Shown in pieces: positions 51,034 to 59,125 of a stretch of DNA of 64,000 nt (the stretch's first letter is position 1; every line of letters begins with the position of its first letter). A program made the translations under genes and the position numbers. This DNA comes from a bacterium. GTDB taxonomy: Bacteria > Pseudomonadota > Gammaproteobacteria > GCA-002705445 > GCA-002716945. The stretch is taken from positions 1,237 to 65,236 of the forward strand of contig JAPOHH010000006.1 in assembly GCA_029979505.1 (NCBI GenBank). The letters run 5' to 3'. The notes beneath the pieces are model-generated. The model was not told the origin of the DNA, made no database searches, and saw only the letters and a list, made by a program, of their open reading frames with translations.

Positions 51034-52119
51034 CTAAAAACGTACGTAAGCTGATGAGTTAAGTGTTTTTCTTCCACCGCGCCAGTTATCAATATGATAC
51101 TTAGTAAACGGTAGCTCTGTGAGTTCAAAGAATCTAGGCCATCCAATTCTCTCTATCCAATCGTTTATGCGCTCCCAGTCTCTGGCGTCTTCTTTGTATG
51201 CAGAAAGGATTCGCTTAACAATAGCTGTTGCTTCAGGCCATCTTGGTGGATTGTTAGGAATACCAGCAGCTACAAGTTTTTGAAATGATGGTTTGCTTCT
51301 TGCATTAGAGTGATTACCACCAACCCAAATAGCTAGTTTACTGTGCTCCGGATCATTAATTTGCATAGGAGGGCATGGTGGAAAACATGCGCCACAACAT
51401 ATACATTTTTTTTCATCAACTTCTAATGATGGTTTACCGTTAACCATAGCAGGTCGAATCGCAGCTACAGGACAACGAGCCACAACAGATGGTCTCTCAC
51501 ATACGTTTGATACTAAATCATGATTAATTTTGGGTGGTTTTGTATGTTGGATGTTAATAGCAATGTCACCTTGGCCACCGCAGTTAATTTGACAACAAGA
51601 TGTGGTTAAATGAACTCTATTTGGCATTTCATTGTTTCTAAACTCGTCGATAAGTTCATCCATCATTGCTTTTACTACACCAGATGCATCTGTACCTGGA
51701 ATATCACAATGCAGCCATCCTTGTGTATGAGATATCATTGCAACCGAATTCTTTGTGCCTCCTACGATAAAGCCTTCTTTCTCAAGCGCTTCAATCAAAG
51801 GCTCAACTTTAGATTTATCTTTTACCATGTATTCAATATTGCTTCTGATAGTAAATCGTACATAACCATCTGCATATTCGTCGCCTATGTCACATAGTGT
51901 TCTAAGTGTAAATACATCTAATATTCTTTGAGTACCTGCTCGAACAGTCCAAATTTCCTCACCACTGTTAGCGTAATGTACTAGTACACCTGGTCTTGGA
52001 TGTTCATGATATTTCCATTGACCAAAATTTTTACGCATCGTTGGATGCATATACTGAAATCCATCCGGTGCACCTGTTTCAATTGGTGTTCTCATTTCTT
52101 TTTTTGCATTTTCACTCAT
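51034..52119 (-). CDS. dsrB: Reverse dissimilatory sulfite reductase beta subunit
   Basis: HTQGWLHCDIPGTDASG, TSCCQINCG, CICCGAC, WERINDWIERIGW. Confidence 0.97.
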   Translation of the reverse strand: MSENAKKEMRTPIETGAPDGFQYMHPTMRKNFGQWKYHEHPRPGVLVHYANSGEEIWTVRAGTQRILDVFTLRTLCDIGDEYADGYVRFTIRSNIEYMVKDKSKVEPLIEALEKEGFIVGGTKNSVAMISHTQGWLHCDIPGTDASGVVKAMMDELIDEFRNNEMPNRVHLTTSCCQINCGGQGDIAINIQHTKPPKINHDLVSNVCERPSVVARCPVAAIRPAMVNGKPSLEVDEKKCICCGACFPPCPPMQINDPEHSKLAIWVGGNHSNARSKPSFQKLVAAGIPNNPPRWPEATAIVKRILSAYKEDARDWERINDWIERIGWPRFFELTELPFTKYHIDNWRGGRKTLNSSAYVRF

Positions 52120-53372
52120 TATGCTGAATCCTTTTTCTTATCGGCTTTTTCATACCATTTTACTGCTTCATCATCCCAGTCATCTGTTCTTACATAAGAA
52201 CTTTCCCTTGGATTAGCTACCATATTTGGATCTACATCTATGCCAATACCTTCAAGGAAATTAACTAGTCCAATCCTTTCAATCATTTCACCGCATCTTT
52301 CATGCTCTAATGCATTATCTGCCCAGAAATCTATAGTTTCCTCAGCGATTTCCACAAGTCTTTCCCAATCTTCCTCTTTTTCAAGTTTCATGAATGGAAC
52401 AATAACTGTACCCATTAAATCACCAATCTTAAGTGTCCTTTTTCCACCAATGAGAATAGTCACGCCTTTATCATCACCTGGATGAAGTGCTTTAGGAACA
52501 ACGTTCAGACAGTGCATACATTTAACACAATTTTGATTATCAATATCAATTGAATCATCATCGTTAAGTGATATGGCATTAGTAGGACATCTTGTAACAA
52601 TGTTATCAATAACATATTTACGACCTTTCATTTCTACATATTTTTTGAATTCTTCTTGATCAACCTTGATATTATCTCTCCATGTACCTATGACAGACAT
52701 ATCTGCTCTTTCAATAGAGTTCATGCAATCATTTGGACATCCTGATACTTTAAATTTGAATTTATATGGTAGTGCTGGTCTATGCATATCATCCATGAAG
52801 TTATTTACGAGCAATCTGTGCGCTTTATGTTCATTTACATTAGACATTTCACATCTACCTGCGCCGACACATGACATTGCAGTTCTAACACAAGGTCCGG
52901 CACCGCCTAAGTCCCAGCCTTTTTCATTGATATCATCAAAGAAGTGTTGTGTTGATTCTGTTGTAGATCCGATGAACATTATGTTACCTGTTTGCCCATG
53001 GAATGTTACTAGACCAGAGCCATGCTTTTCCCATGAATCAGCTAAGTCACGCAGTGATTCTGTTGTGTAATAGTTTCCAGCAGGTGGCTGCACTCTTAAT
53101 GTATGAAATTCTTTTGATTTAGGGAAAGCATCACCAACTTCAGAAAATCTAGGTATAATACCACCACCATAACCGTAGACACTGACAGTACCACCTTTCC
53201 AATATCCTTTACGCGTTTCATAAGAATGCTCAAGTTGACCTAAAAGGTCATTTGTCATTTCATTAATTCTTTTCTCAGGATGAGTATCTCTGAGTCTTTT
53301 TATTCCGCTGATGAAACTCGGCCATGGGCCATTCTCTAGCTCATCAATCATAGGTGTATCATGTTTTTTCAC
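52119..53372 (-). CDS. dsrA: Reverse dissimilatory sulfite reductase alpha subunit
   Basis: TPMIDELENGPWPSF, EFHTLRVQPP, CVRTAMSC..GCPNDC siroheme motif; GTG start. Confidence 0.97.
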   Translation of the reverse strand: MKKHDTPMIDELENGPWPSFISGIKRLRDTHPEKRINEMTNDLLGQLEHSYETRKGYWKGGTVSVYGYGGGIIPRFSEVGDAFPKSKEFHTLRVQPPAGNYYTTESLRDLADSWEKHGSGLVTFHGQTGNIMFIGSTTESTQHFFDDINEKGWDLGGAGPCVRTAMSCVGAGRCEMSNVNEHKAHRLLVNNFMDDMHRPALPYKFKFKVSGCPNDCMNSIERADMSVIGTWRDNIKVDQEEFKKYVEMKGRKYVIDNIVTRCPTNAISLNDDDSIDIDNQNCVKCMHCLNVVPKALHPGDDKGVTILIGGKRTLKIGDLMGTVIVPFMKLEKEEDWERLVEIAEETIDFWADNALEHERCGEMIERIGLVNFLEGIGIDVDPNMVANPRESSYVRTDDWDDEAVKWYEKADKKKDSA

Positions 53373-53415
53373 AATTTATCCCCTGAAATCCGTTGGTATA
53401 CAATGTATATTATTT

Positions 53416-53433
53416 TATCATTAGTTTCTAATA
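53416..53433. promoter_or_regulatory. Candidate operator, TATTAG-N6-CTAATA palindrome copy
   Basis: TATCATTAGTTTCTAATA in the divergent dsrA / tauD-like intergenic region, 44 nt upstream of dsrA. Confidence 0.45.
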
Positions 53434-53516
53434 TGTCCATGAGAAGTTAATATTGCACCGATATGAAATAAAAAACAAGTGTTAAAATTCACTATGAAAG
53501 TCCATTATATAGAATC

Positions 53517-54347
53517 ATGATATTAAGCGCAAAATCAAAGGATTTCATTGAATGGGCAGCTAATAAAGAGCTGAATATCCCTTTAAATATTAATGATTTG
53601 AAGGTTAATTTGCGTGATATTAACCATGTTTCAAAGACTGAAATATCTCAAATCAAAGAGAAGTTAACAAAATTCAATTGTTGTATATACATATCAGACA
53701 GTAATCTTAAGGAAGACGATAATATTATGAAATTTGCAATGTCTCTAGGTATGAGAACATTCGATTCTCATAATATAGACGATAGTAACATTAGCACGAT
53801 TTCAGCAGATAAAACTGAGAATAATATTAGATATATACCGTATACGAATAAAGCATTAAATTGGCACACAGATGGGTACTATGATAGTAAACCAATTTTT
53901 TCATGGTTACTTCACTGTGTCGAACCAGCATCATCAGGTGGAGAAAACTTCTTATTAGATCATGAGCTTGCAATCAGAGAATATATACTTAAGCATGATG
54001 ATATTTCATGCTTAATGAGTAATAACGCATTTTCTATTCCTAAAGATAAAGTTGCTGAACGGGAAGTTACTTCGAATTATGTTTGTGATGTAAATAATGA
54101 GTATAAAAAGTTACATATGAATTTCTCAATGAGAAAGGAAAATATTAAAATTAACAAGAATTCAAAATCTGCTGTGTCAAAATTGATAAAAATCATAAAA
54201 GAGGATTGTAAAAAATATCATTTAACCTATAAACTTTCGAAAAGTGAAGGTATTGTTAGTAATAATATATTACATGGAAGAAATTCATTTAAAGACGGTC
54301 CAACTATGAGAAAAATTCTTAGAATAAGATCCCACGAGAGATTGTAG
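53517..54347 (+). CDS. TauD/TfdA-like 2-oxoglutarate-Fe(II) dioxygenase family protein
   Basis: LNWHTDGYY (HxD), LLHC..GGEN, NNILHGR. Confidence 0.78.
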   Translation: MILSAKSKDFIEWAANKELNIPLNINDLKVNLRDINHVSKTEISQIKEKLTKFNCCIYISDSNLKEDDNIMKFAMSLGMRTFDSHNIDDSNISTISADKTENNIRYIPYTNKALNWHTDGYYDSKPIFSWLLHCVEPASSGGENFLLDHELAIREYILKHDDISCLMSNNAFSIPKDKVAEREVTSNYVCDVNNEYKKLHMNFSMRKENIKINKNSKSAVSKLIKIIKEDCKKYHLTYKLSKSEGIVSNNILHGRNSFKDGPTMRKILRIRSHERL

Positions 54348-54541
54348 TGTTATACCTGAGCGCAATATTAATAGAAAGAAAAGATGTAGAAACATTTGAA
54401 GATTTTCTTGAAGTGATCAAAGAGAAAGCTGCAAGTGGTGAGCGCTTCATCAGGTTTGACCTGAAACCTCCATTTCCAGATACACCATCAAATTGGGAAG
54501 ATCGCGTTGAAAGTGCATTTAGTGGTTATATAAAAAAATAA
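54347..54541 (+). CDS. Small conserved protein of sulfur oxidizers, unknown function
   Basis: DLKPPFPDTPSNWEDRVESAF motif recalled from dsr-associated small proteins; coupled to neighbours. Confidence 0.65.
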   Translation: MLYLSAILIERKDVETFEDFLEVIKEKAASGERFIRFDLKPPFPDTPSNWEDRVESAFSGYIKK

Positions 54542-54543
54542 CT

Positions 54544-55221
54544 ATGTGGCAGGAAAAGACAGAAAAAAAATCAATTGCAGAACAATCAGAAATGATTGAC
54601 CTTTCATTTTCAGTTAATTGCAAAGAACTTCCTTATGACCATGCATATGAACTTTCCTCTGAAATTATCAATCTTATACCTGATATTGTGAATGATAAAA
54701 GAAACGCAATTCAAACGCTTCATGGTCCAATGTCTGGTAATGGATGGGTAAGAGCAGATGGAGAAAATATTTTTTTATCAAAAAGAGCCAAGCTTTGTTT
54801 AAGAGTAAATAAATTACAAGTTGATAAAATACGAAACATAGAAGGTAAAAAAATTAAATTGTTCGGCAATGACCTTAGTATAGGTAAGTCGAAGACTAAA
54901 GTATTCTTAGTTGTTAGAGATCTGTTCTGTAGATTCGTCTCATGCCAGGAAGACCTACCTGAAGATATATTTTTAGAACAGGTTCAAAAAGAATTAGGAG
55001 CACATAATGTTCATATCAATAAAGCATTATGTGGACAATCTAAAAGAATCATATTTGGTGATGAAACTTTGCATACGAGGTCTTTAATGATAGCTGATTT
55101 GTCAAAAGAGGAGTCAATTAGGTTACAAGAAGAGGGTGTTGGTGGTCAAAGATTATATGGCTGTGGAATTTTTCTACCTCATAAATCAATAGACGCAGTT
55201 AGTAACTTCAAAGAGGACTAA
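54544..55221 (+). CDS. Stand-alone Cas6/Cmx6-like RAMP protein
   Basis: LPYDHAY N-terminal His motif; C-terminal Gly-rich loop GVGGQRLYGCGIFLP; no other cas genes or array in window. Confidence 0.75.
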   Translation: MWQEKTEKKSIAEQSEMIDLSFSVNCKELPYDHAYELSSEIINLIPDIVNDKRNAIQTLHGPMSGNGWVRADGENIFLSKRAKLCLRVNKLQVDKIRNIEGKKIKLFGNDLSIGKSKTKVFLVVRDLFCRFVSCQEDLPEDIFLEQVQKELGAHNVHINKALCGQSKRIIFGDETLHTRSLMIADLSKEESIRLQEEGVGGQRLYGCGIFLPHKSIDAVSNFKED

Positions 55222-55260
55222 TATTTACCTAATTACCAACTAGACTTATAGTTATTAGTA

Positions 55261-55278
55261 TATTAGAATTTTCCAATA
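55261..55278. promoter_or_regulatory. Candidate operator, TATTAG-N6-CTAATA palindrome copy
   Basis: TATTAGAATTTTCCAATA, 29 nt upstream of the DsrC paralog; 15/18 identical to the dsrL copy. Confidence 0.5.
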
Positions 55279-55306
55279 TTGATGAAATCTTTATGGAGTT
55301 TTATGT

Positions 55307-55645
55307 ATGAAAGTTGAAGTTAATGGAAATGAAGTCTCTACAACGGAAACTGGTTTTTTAGTTAATATTGAGGACTGGACTGAGGATGTTGCTCAGGTTA
55401 TAGCATCTCAAGAAGGTATAGTCCTTGAACAGAGGCACTGGGATGTAATTAATTATTTAAGAGATGAATTTATAAATAATAAAGAAAATCAACCAAATAC
55501 TAGAAATATGATTAAAGACATGGGAAAGTTATGGGGGGAAAAGATTGACTCAAAAACATTATTTGACTTATTCCCTGGTAATCCAAGTAAACAAGCTGGG
55601 AGAATAGGCGGTTTGCCTGAGAGTAGGAGAAAAGGTGGATACTAA
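55307..55645 (+). CDS. DsrC/TusE family paralog with no cysteine (RspA-type)
   Basis: TETGFLVNIEDW, HWDVINYLR, LFP..PSKQA..GGLP fold motifs; ends ESRRKGGY. Confidence 0.85.
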   Translation: MKVEVNGNEVSTTETGFLVNIEDWTEDVAQVIASQEGIVLEQRHWDVINYLRDEFINNKENQPNTRNMIKDMGKLWGEKIDSKTLFDLFPGNPSKQAGRIGGLPESRRKGGY

Positions 55646-55878
55646 TGACTGATGCTAAAAACGAAAAAGAATTGCAAGAAGAGAGAAAACAGATAATCAC
55701 TCGCCTCTTGGAAATACAAAAAAATTTTATGGAACTTGAAAGAGAGAAAGGTGTTACTGAAAAAGACATACACCATAATCCAAAAGGTGTAATCAAAGAA
55801 TATAAAGAAGAGCATGAAAAATTAGCGAACAGACTAGTAGATATTGCTCATCAAATTAAGGGGTCGATAAGAACATAA
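55645..55878 (+). CDS. Small hypothetical helical protein
   Basis: Coupled (TAATG overlap); LVDIAHQIKGS C-terminus. Confidence 0.65.
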   Translation: MTDAKNEKELQEERKQIITRLLEIQKNFMELEREKGVTEKDIHHNPKGVIKEYKEEHEKLANRLVDIAHQIKGSIRT

Positions 55879-56072
55879 TGAACCAAGAATATTTTGATAA
55901 AGTAACAGAATTGGAAAAAATGAATGCTAATGATCAATACGTTTTAGGATGGCAAGAGGGCTATCAAGGTGCACCTGAAGTCGAAGAACAACGTATAACA
56001 GACGCATATAGTGCAGGCTACGAAGACGGAAAAAATAATAATTTCGAAAACGTCGATAAATTCAAAGGCTAG
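55878..56072 (+). CDS. Probable Alvin_2107-family sulfur-oxidation protein
   Basis: YVLGWQEGY..EEQRITDAYSAGYEDG pattern recalled for this family; coupled to upstream gene. Confidence 0.6.
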   Translation: MNQEYFDKVTELEKMNANDQYVLGWQEGYQGAPEVEEQRITDAYSAGYEDGKNNNFENVDKFKG

Positions 56073-56073
56073 A

Positions 56074-56637
56074 TTAAGTCTTTGTAACAGAATCGTAAAC
56101 TTCTAATATCTTTTTTAATATTTCTACTGAATCAATATCAATAATTTGATCCATAACCCATTTATTAGTTTGACTATAGCCCATTACATCTTGACACTTT
56201 TTTGATAAGTGTCTGTAAAGCGAGTAGTTGCTTCCTTTTCTTGAAAATTCAAATTCTGAATATTCTGATGACCGTAAATTAAGTGTATTTATATATCCGC
56301 TCTTATAATCACCTGGTCCAAATAAGTCCTCGCAATTTTCTTGCATTATCCTCGAGGATTGTTTCCCTAGAGAGTTCATAACTTCTGATCGTAATTGATT
56401 ATCAGCATTATCTTCAAATAGTAATCTGTCAACTAAGTGAACTTGAAAGGACATGTACTCCACGATAATTGATACTCTTTGATGGTCATTTTTATATTCA
56501 AAATCTTCACCATGCAGTGTCTTTGCCTTATCTAAAGAAAGCCTCCAGGAAATATATGAAAGCGCACTTCCAAAGTCCTCTGGAGTTTTGCTTCTTTTTA
56601 CCGTTTTTGACCACTTGCTTTTAATTCTTATTGCCAT
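56074..56637 (-). CDS. Conserved hypothetical protein
   Basis: MAIRIKSKW start; long ORF filling the gap; start set at 56637. Confidence 0.65.
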   Translation of the reverse strand: MAIRIKSKWSKTVKRSKTPEDFGSALSYISWRLSLDKAKTLHGEDFEYKNDHQRVSIIVEYMSFQVHLVDRLLFEDNADNQLRSEVMNSLGKQSSRIMQENCEDLFGPGDYKSGYINTLNLRSSEYSEFEFSRKGSNYSLYRHLSKKCQDVMGYSQTNKWVMDQIIDIDSVEILKKILEVYDSVTKT

Positions 56638-56677
56638 AATATTCAGATGATAACATTTACAATGTAATATAAATAAT

Positions 56678-57277
56678 ATGAGTAATAAAATTAAAATAGA
56701 AAAAAGATTAATTGAAAGTGCACCCGGTAGTTTCATTTATGAATTTGACAATGAGATTTCTCCCCAAAAGTGTAATGAAATTATAGAAAGATTTGAGCAA
56801 TCTAAAGATGATCACTATAGAGGAAGAGTTGGACCAAATTTTGAACAAAATGATACAGTAAAAAAATCAACAGATATGGTAATTAGTGGAAAAGATTCAT
56901 GGAAAGATATAGATGAGCTATTTTTTGTAAGCTTGTCAAAGGCATTATCTAAAATGAAAAAAGAATTTGATTACTTTAACGGAAAATTTAAAGACATTGG
57001 ATACGCGATTCAAAGAACTGATGAAGGAGAATATTTTCATTGGCACATTGATACTGGAAGTCATCAAATGAGTGATAGACAACTTGTAGCTATATGGTAC
57101 CTGAACGATGTTGAAGGCCCTGGTGGTGAAACAGAGTTCCTACATCAAAAAGTTAAAATTAAACCACAACAAGGAAAGCTTATAATCTTTCCACCGTTTT
57201 GGACGCATGAGCATCGTGGTGTTACACTTAAACGAGGTTCGAAATATATCGCAACAACATGGATAGTCTTTAAATGA
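56678..57277 (+). CDS. 2OG-Fe(II) oxygenase (prolyl-4-hydroxylase-like)
   Basis: FHWHID (HxD), WYLND..GGET.F, FPPFWTHEHRG, KYIATTW. Confidence 0.88.
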   Translation: MSNKIKIEKRLIESAPGSFIYEFDNEISPQKCNEIIERFEQSKDDHYRGRVGPNFEQNDTVKKSTDMVISGKDSWKDIDELFFVSLSKALSKMKKEFDYFNGKFKDIGYAIQRTDEGEYFHWHIDTGSHQMSDRQLVAIWYLNDVEGPGGETEFLHQKVKIKPQQGKLIIFPPFWTHEHRGVTLKRGSKYIATTWIVFK

Positions 57278-58380
57278 ATGATAATAAATTAAATCCTCAA
57301 CAAAATATGAAATCAGTCATTCAGAGGATAGCTACTGGACCAGAGCTAAGTAAAAATATTTCAAGAGAAGAAGCTAAACAAACAATGCTAGATATTCTCA
57401 ATGGAGAAATTGATCCTATACAAGCAGCCATATTTTTAATCGCACTCCGAATGAAAAGAGAAACTATGGACGAAAATCTAGGTGTTCATGATGCAATTAT
57501 AGACACTACAAACACTGTTAATATTAATACTGATAGGCTTATAAATATTGCAGATCCATATGATGGCTTTTCTAGAAATCTACCCTCATCGTTATTTTTA
57601 CTACCTGTATTGTCAGAATTAGGATACCCGATATTATCCCATGGTGTTTTAACTGTAGGGCCAAAGTATGGATGCACTCATCACTTGACTCTAAAAGAGC
57701 TTGGGTACAACCCAATGAATACACAAGAAGAGATAGCACAACGCCTTGAGAATAAAGGAATAGGATGGGCCTATGCGGATCAGGCAGTATTCAATCCAAG
57801 GCTTCATGGTCTTATGGGATTAAGAGAAAAAATTATAAAAAGACCTGTAATCACAACTGTCGAAGTTTTAGTAAAGCCTATTCAGTCAAAAAATGATGCA
57901 TTTTTTACAGGTTTTGTTCATAAACCATATCCTCCAATTTATTTAGAATTATCAAGAAATGCTAAATTTAATTCATCAAGTGTAATCAGAGGTACTGAAG
58001 GTGGAATCATACCTTCACTGAGACAAACAGGAAAAGTTCATTTTTATGACTCTTCTTCAGATAATCAAATTTTTGAGATTAGACCAGAAGAACTGGATAT
58101 AGTCGAGCTATCGAGAGCCGTAGATTTACCCAATAATTTAAAGAAAAAAGAAACGACAGATAAGATTGAAACAAAAGTATCTGCTCTAGATGTTGCTAAG
58201 GCTTCTGCTAAACAGGGAATAGAGGCATTGACGGGTAAAAATGGAGCTATGAAATCATGCATACATCTTGGTGCTACAATTATTCTTCAAAGAATGACGG
58301 GTAATAATATCTCTGAATGCTCGAGGGAAGTACTTAAAGTATTAGATAGCGGGTCAGCTGCCAACAGGATGAAATTATGA
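57274..58380 (+). CDS. TrpD/YbiB-like (glycosyltransferase family 3 fold) protein; candidate DsrS
   Basis: ISREEAKQTM, AIFLIALRMKRET, SHG, GWAYADQ; lacks the TrpD GTGGD motif. Confidence 0.7.
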   Translation: MNDNKLNPQQNMKSVIQRIATGPELSKNISREEAKQTMLDILNGEIDPIQAAIFLIALRMKRETMDENLGVHDAIIDTTNTVNINTDRLINIADPYDGFSRNLPSSLFLLPVLSELGYPILSHGVLTVGPKYGCTHHLTLKELGYNPMNTQEEIAQRLENKGIGWAYADQAVFNPRLHGLMGLREKIIKRPVITTVEVLVKPIQSKNDAFFTGFVHKPYPPIYLELSRNAKFNSSSVIRGTEGGIIPSLRQTGKVHFYDSSSDNQIFEIRPEELDIVELSRAVDLPNNLKKKETTDKIETKVSALDVAKASAKQGIEALTGKNGAMKSCIHLGATIILQRMTGNNISECSREVLKVLDSGSAANRMKL

Positions 58381-58679
58381 TTATCACTTTATGTTCTAAA
58401 GATGATTTTAACGAGAATAATATGCTGGAAATTATTCATGAAAATCATTCTTACCTAGTGGCAAAAGTTAATGAAGACTACTTTGCTGTAGATAATATGT
58501 GCAGTCATGAGAATTCAGAACTAATTCTAGGGTGTCTTAAAGATAAAACTATAAAGTGTTCATTGCATGGCAGTTACTTTGATTTAGAAACAGGTAAAGC
58601 TCTTAACGAACCTGCAGATGAACCAATAAAGACCTACCCAACTATAATTAAAAATAATAACATTTGTATAGAAATATAA
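58377..58679 (+). CDS. Rieske [2Fe-2S] ferredoxin
   Basis: CSH..CSLHGSYFD Rieske ligands. Confidence 0.88.
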   Translation: MIITLCSKDDFNENNMLEIIHENHSYLVAKVNEDYFAVDNMCSHENSELILGCLKDKTIKCSLHGSYFDLETGKALNEPADEPIKTYPTIIKNNNICIEI

Positions 58680-59125
58680 TGTTTGCCGTATTAGACAAAA
58701 CTATTGATTGGAATTGTATTAGTACATGGAAACAATCTGCTTACAATACAATGTGGTGCTTGATAGGTTGTAGTATAGGTGATATGGGAACAATATATTA
58801 CTTTCAAGTTAATCAGATTCCCTGGAGTACACTGTCAATAATGTTACTAGCGATGACTAATGGAATTCTAACCAGTATTATTTTAGAAACAATAATTATG
58901 CTAAAGCAGATGGATCTGAAAAGTGCTTTCAGAACAGCTATTGGTATGAGTCTCATCTCTATGATTAGCATGGAGATAGCAATGAACCTAGTGGATTACT
59001 TAGTTACTGGTGGAGCTAAAATAAATCTAATGGTTATGCCTTTGATGTTGATTGCGGGTTTCCTGACACCATGGCCTTATAATTACTGGAGATTGAAAAA
59101 GTTTAATAAAGGTTGTTGTGCTTAA
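58679..59125 (+). CDS. DUF4396 family membrane protein
   Basis: NTMWCLIGCSIGD, SMISMEIAMNLVDY, AGFLTPWPYNYW; TAATG coupling. Confidence 0.8.
   Translation: MFAVLDKTIDWNCISTWKQSAYNTMWCLIGCSIGDMGTIYYFQVNQIPWSTLSIMLLAMTNGILTSIILETIIMLKQMDLKSAFRTAIGMSLISMISMEIAMNLVDYLVTGGAKINLMVMPLMLIAGFLTPWPYNYWRLKKFNKGCCA

Noticed and set aside
54544-56072. CRISPR array or mini-array near the Cas6-like gene
   Set aside because: No 25-40 nt direct repeats with spacers seen here or anywhere in the window
56638-56736. Hydrophobic N-terminal extension of the 220-aa minus-strand ORF
   Set aside because: Overlaps the divergent 2OG oxygenase start and the AT-rich intergenic DNA; real start likely MAIRIK at 56637
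56678-57277. 2OG-Fe(II) oxygenase as a sign of a prophage (similar genes occur in marine phages)
   Set aside because: No integrase, structural or att-like features nearby; it is coupled to host genes
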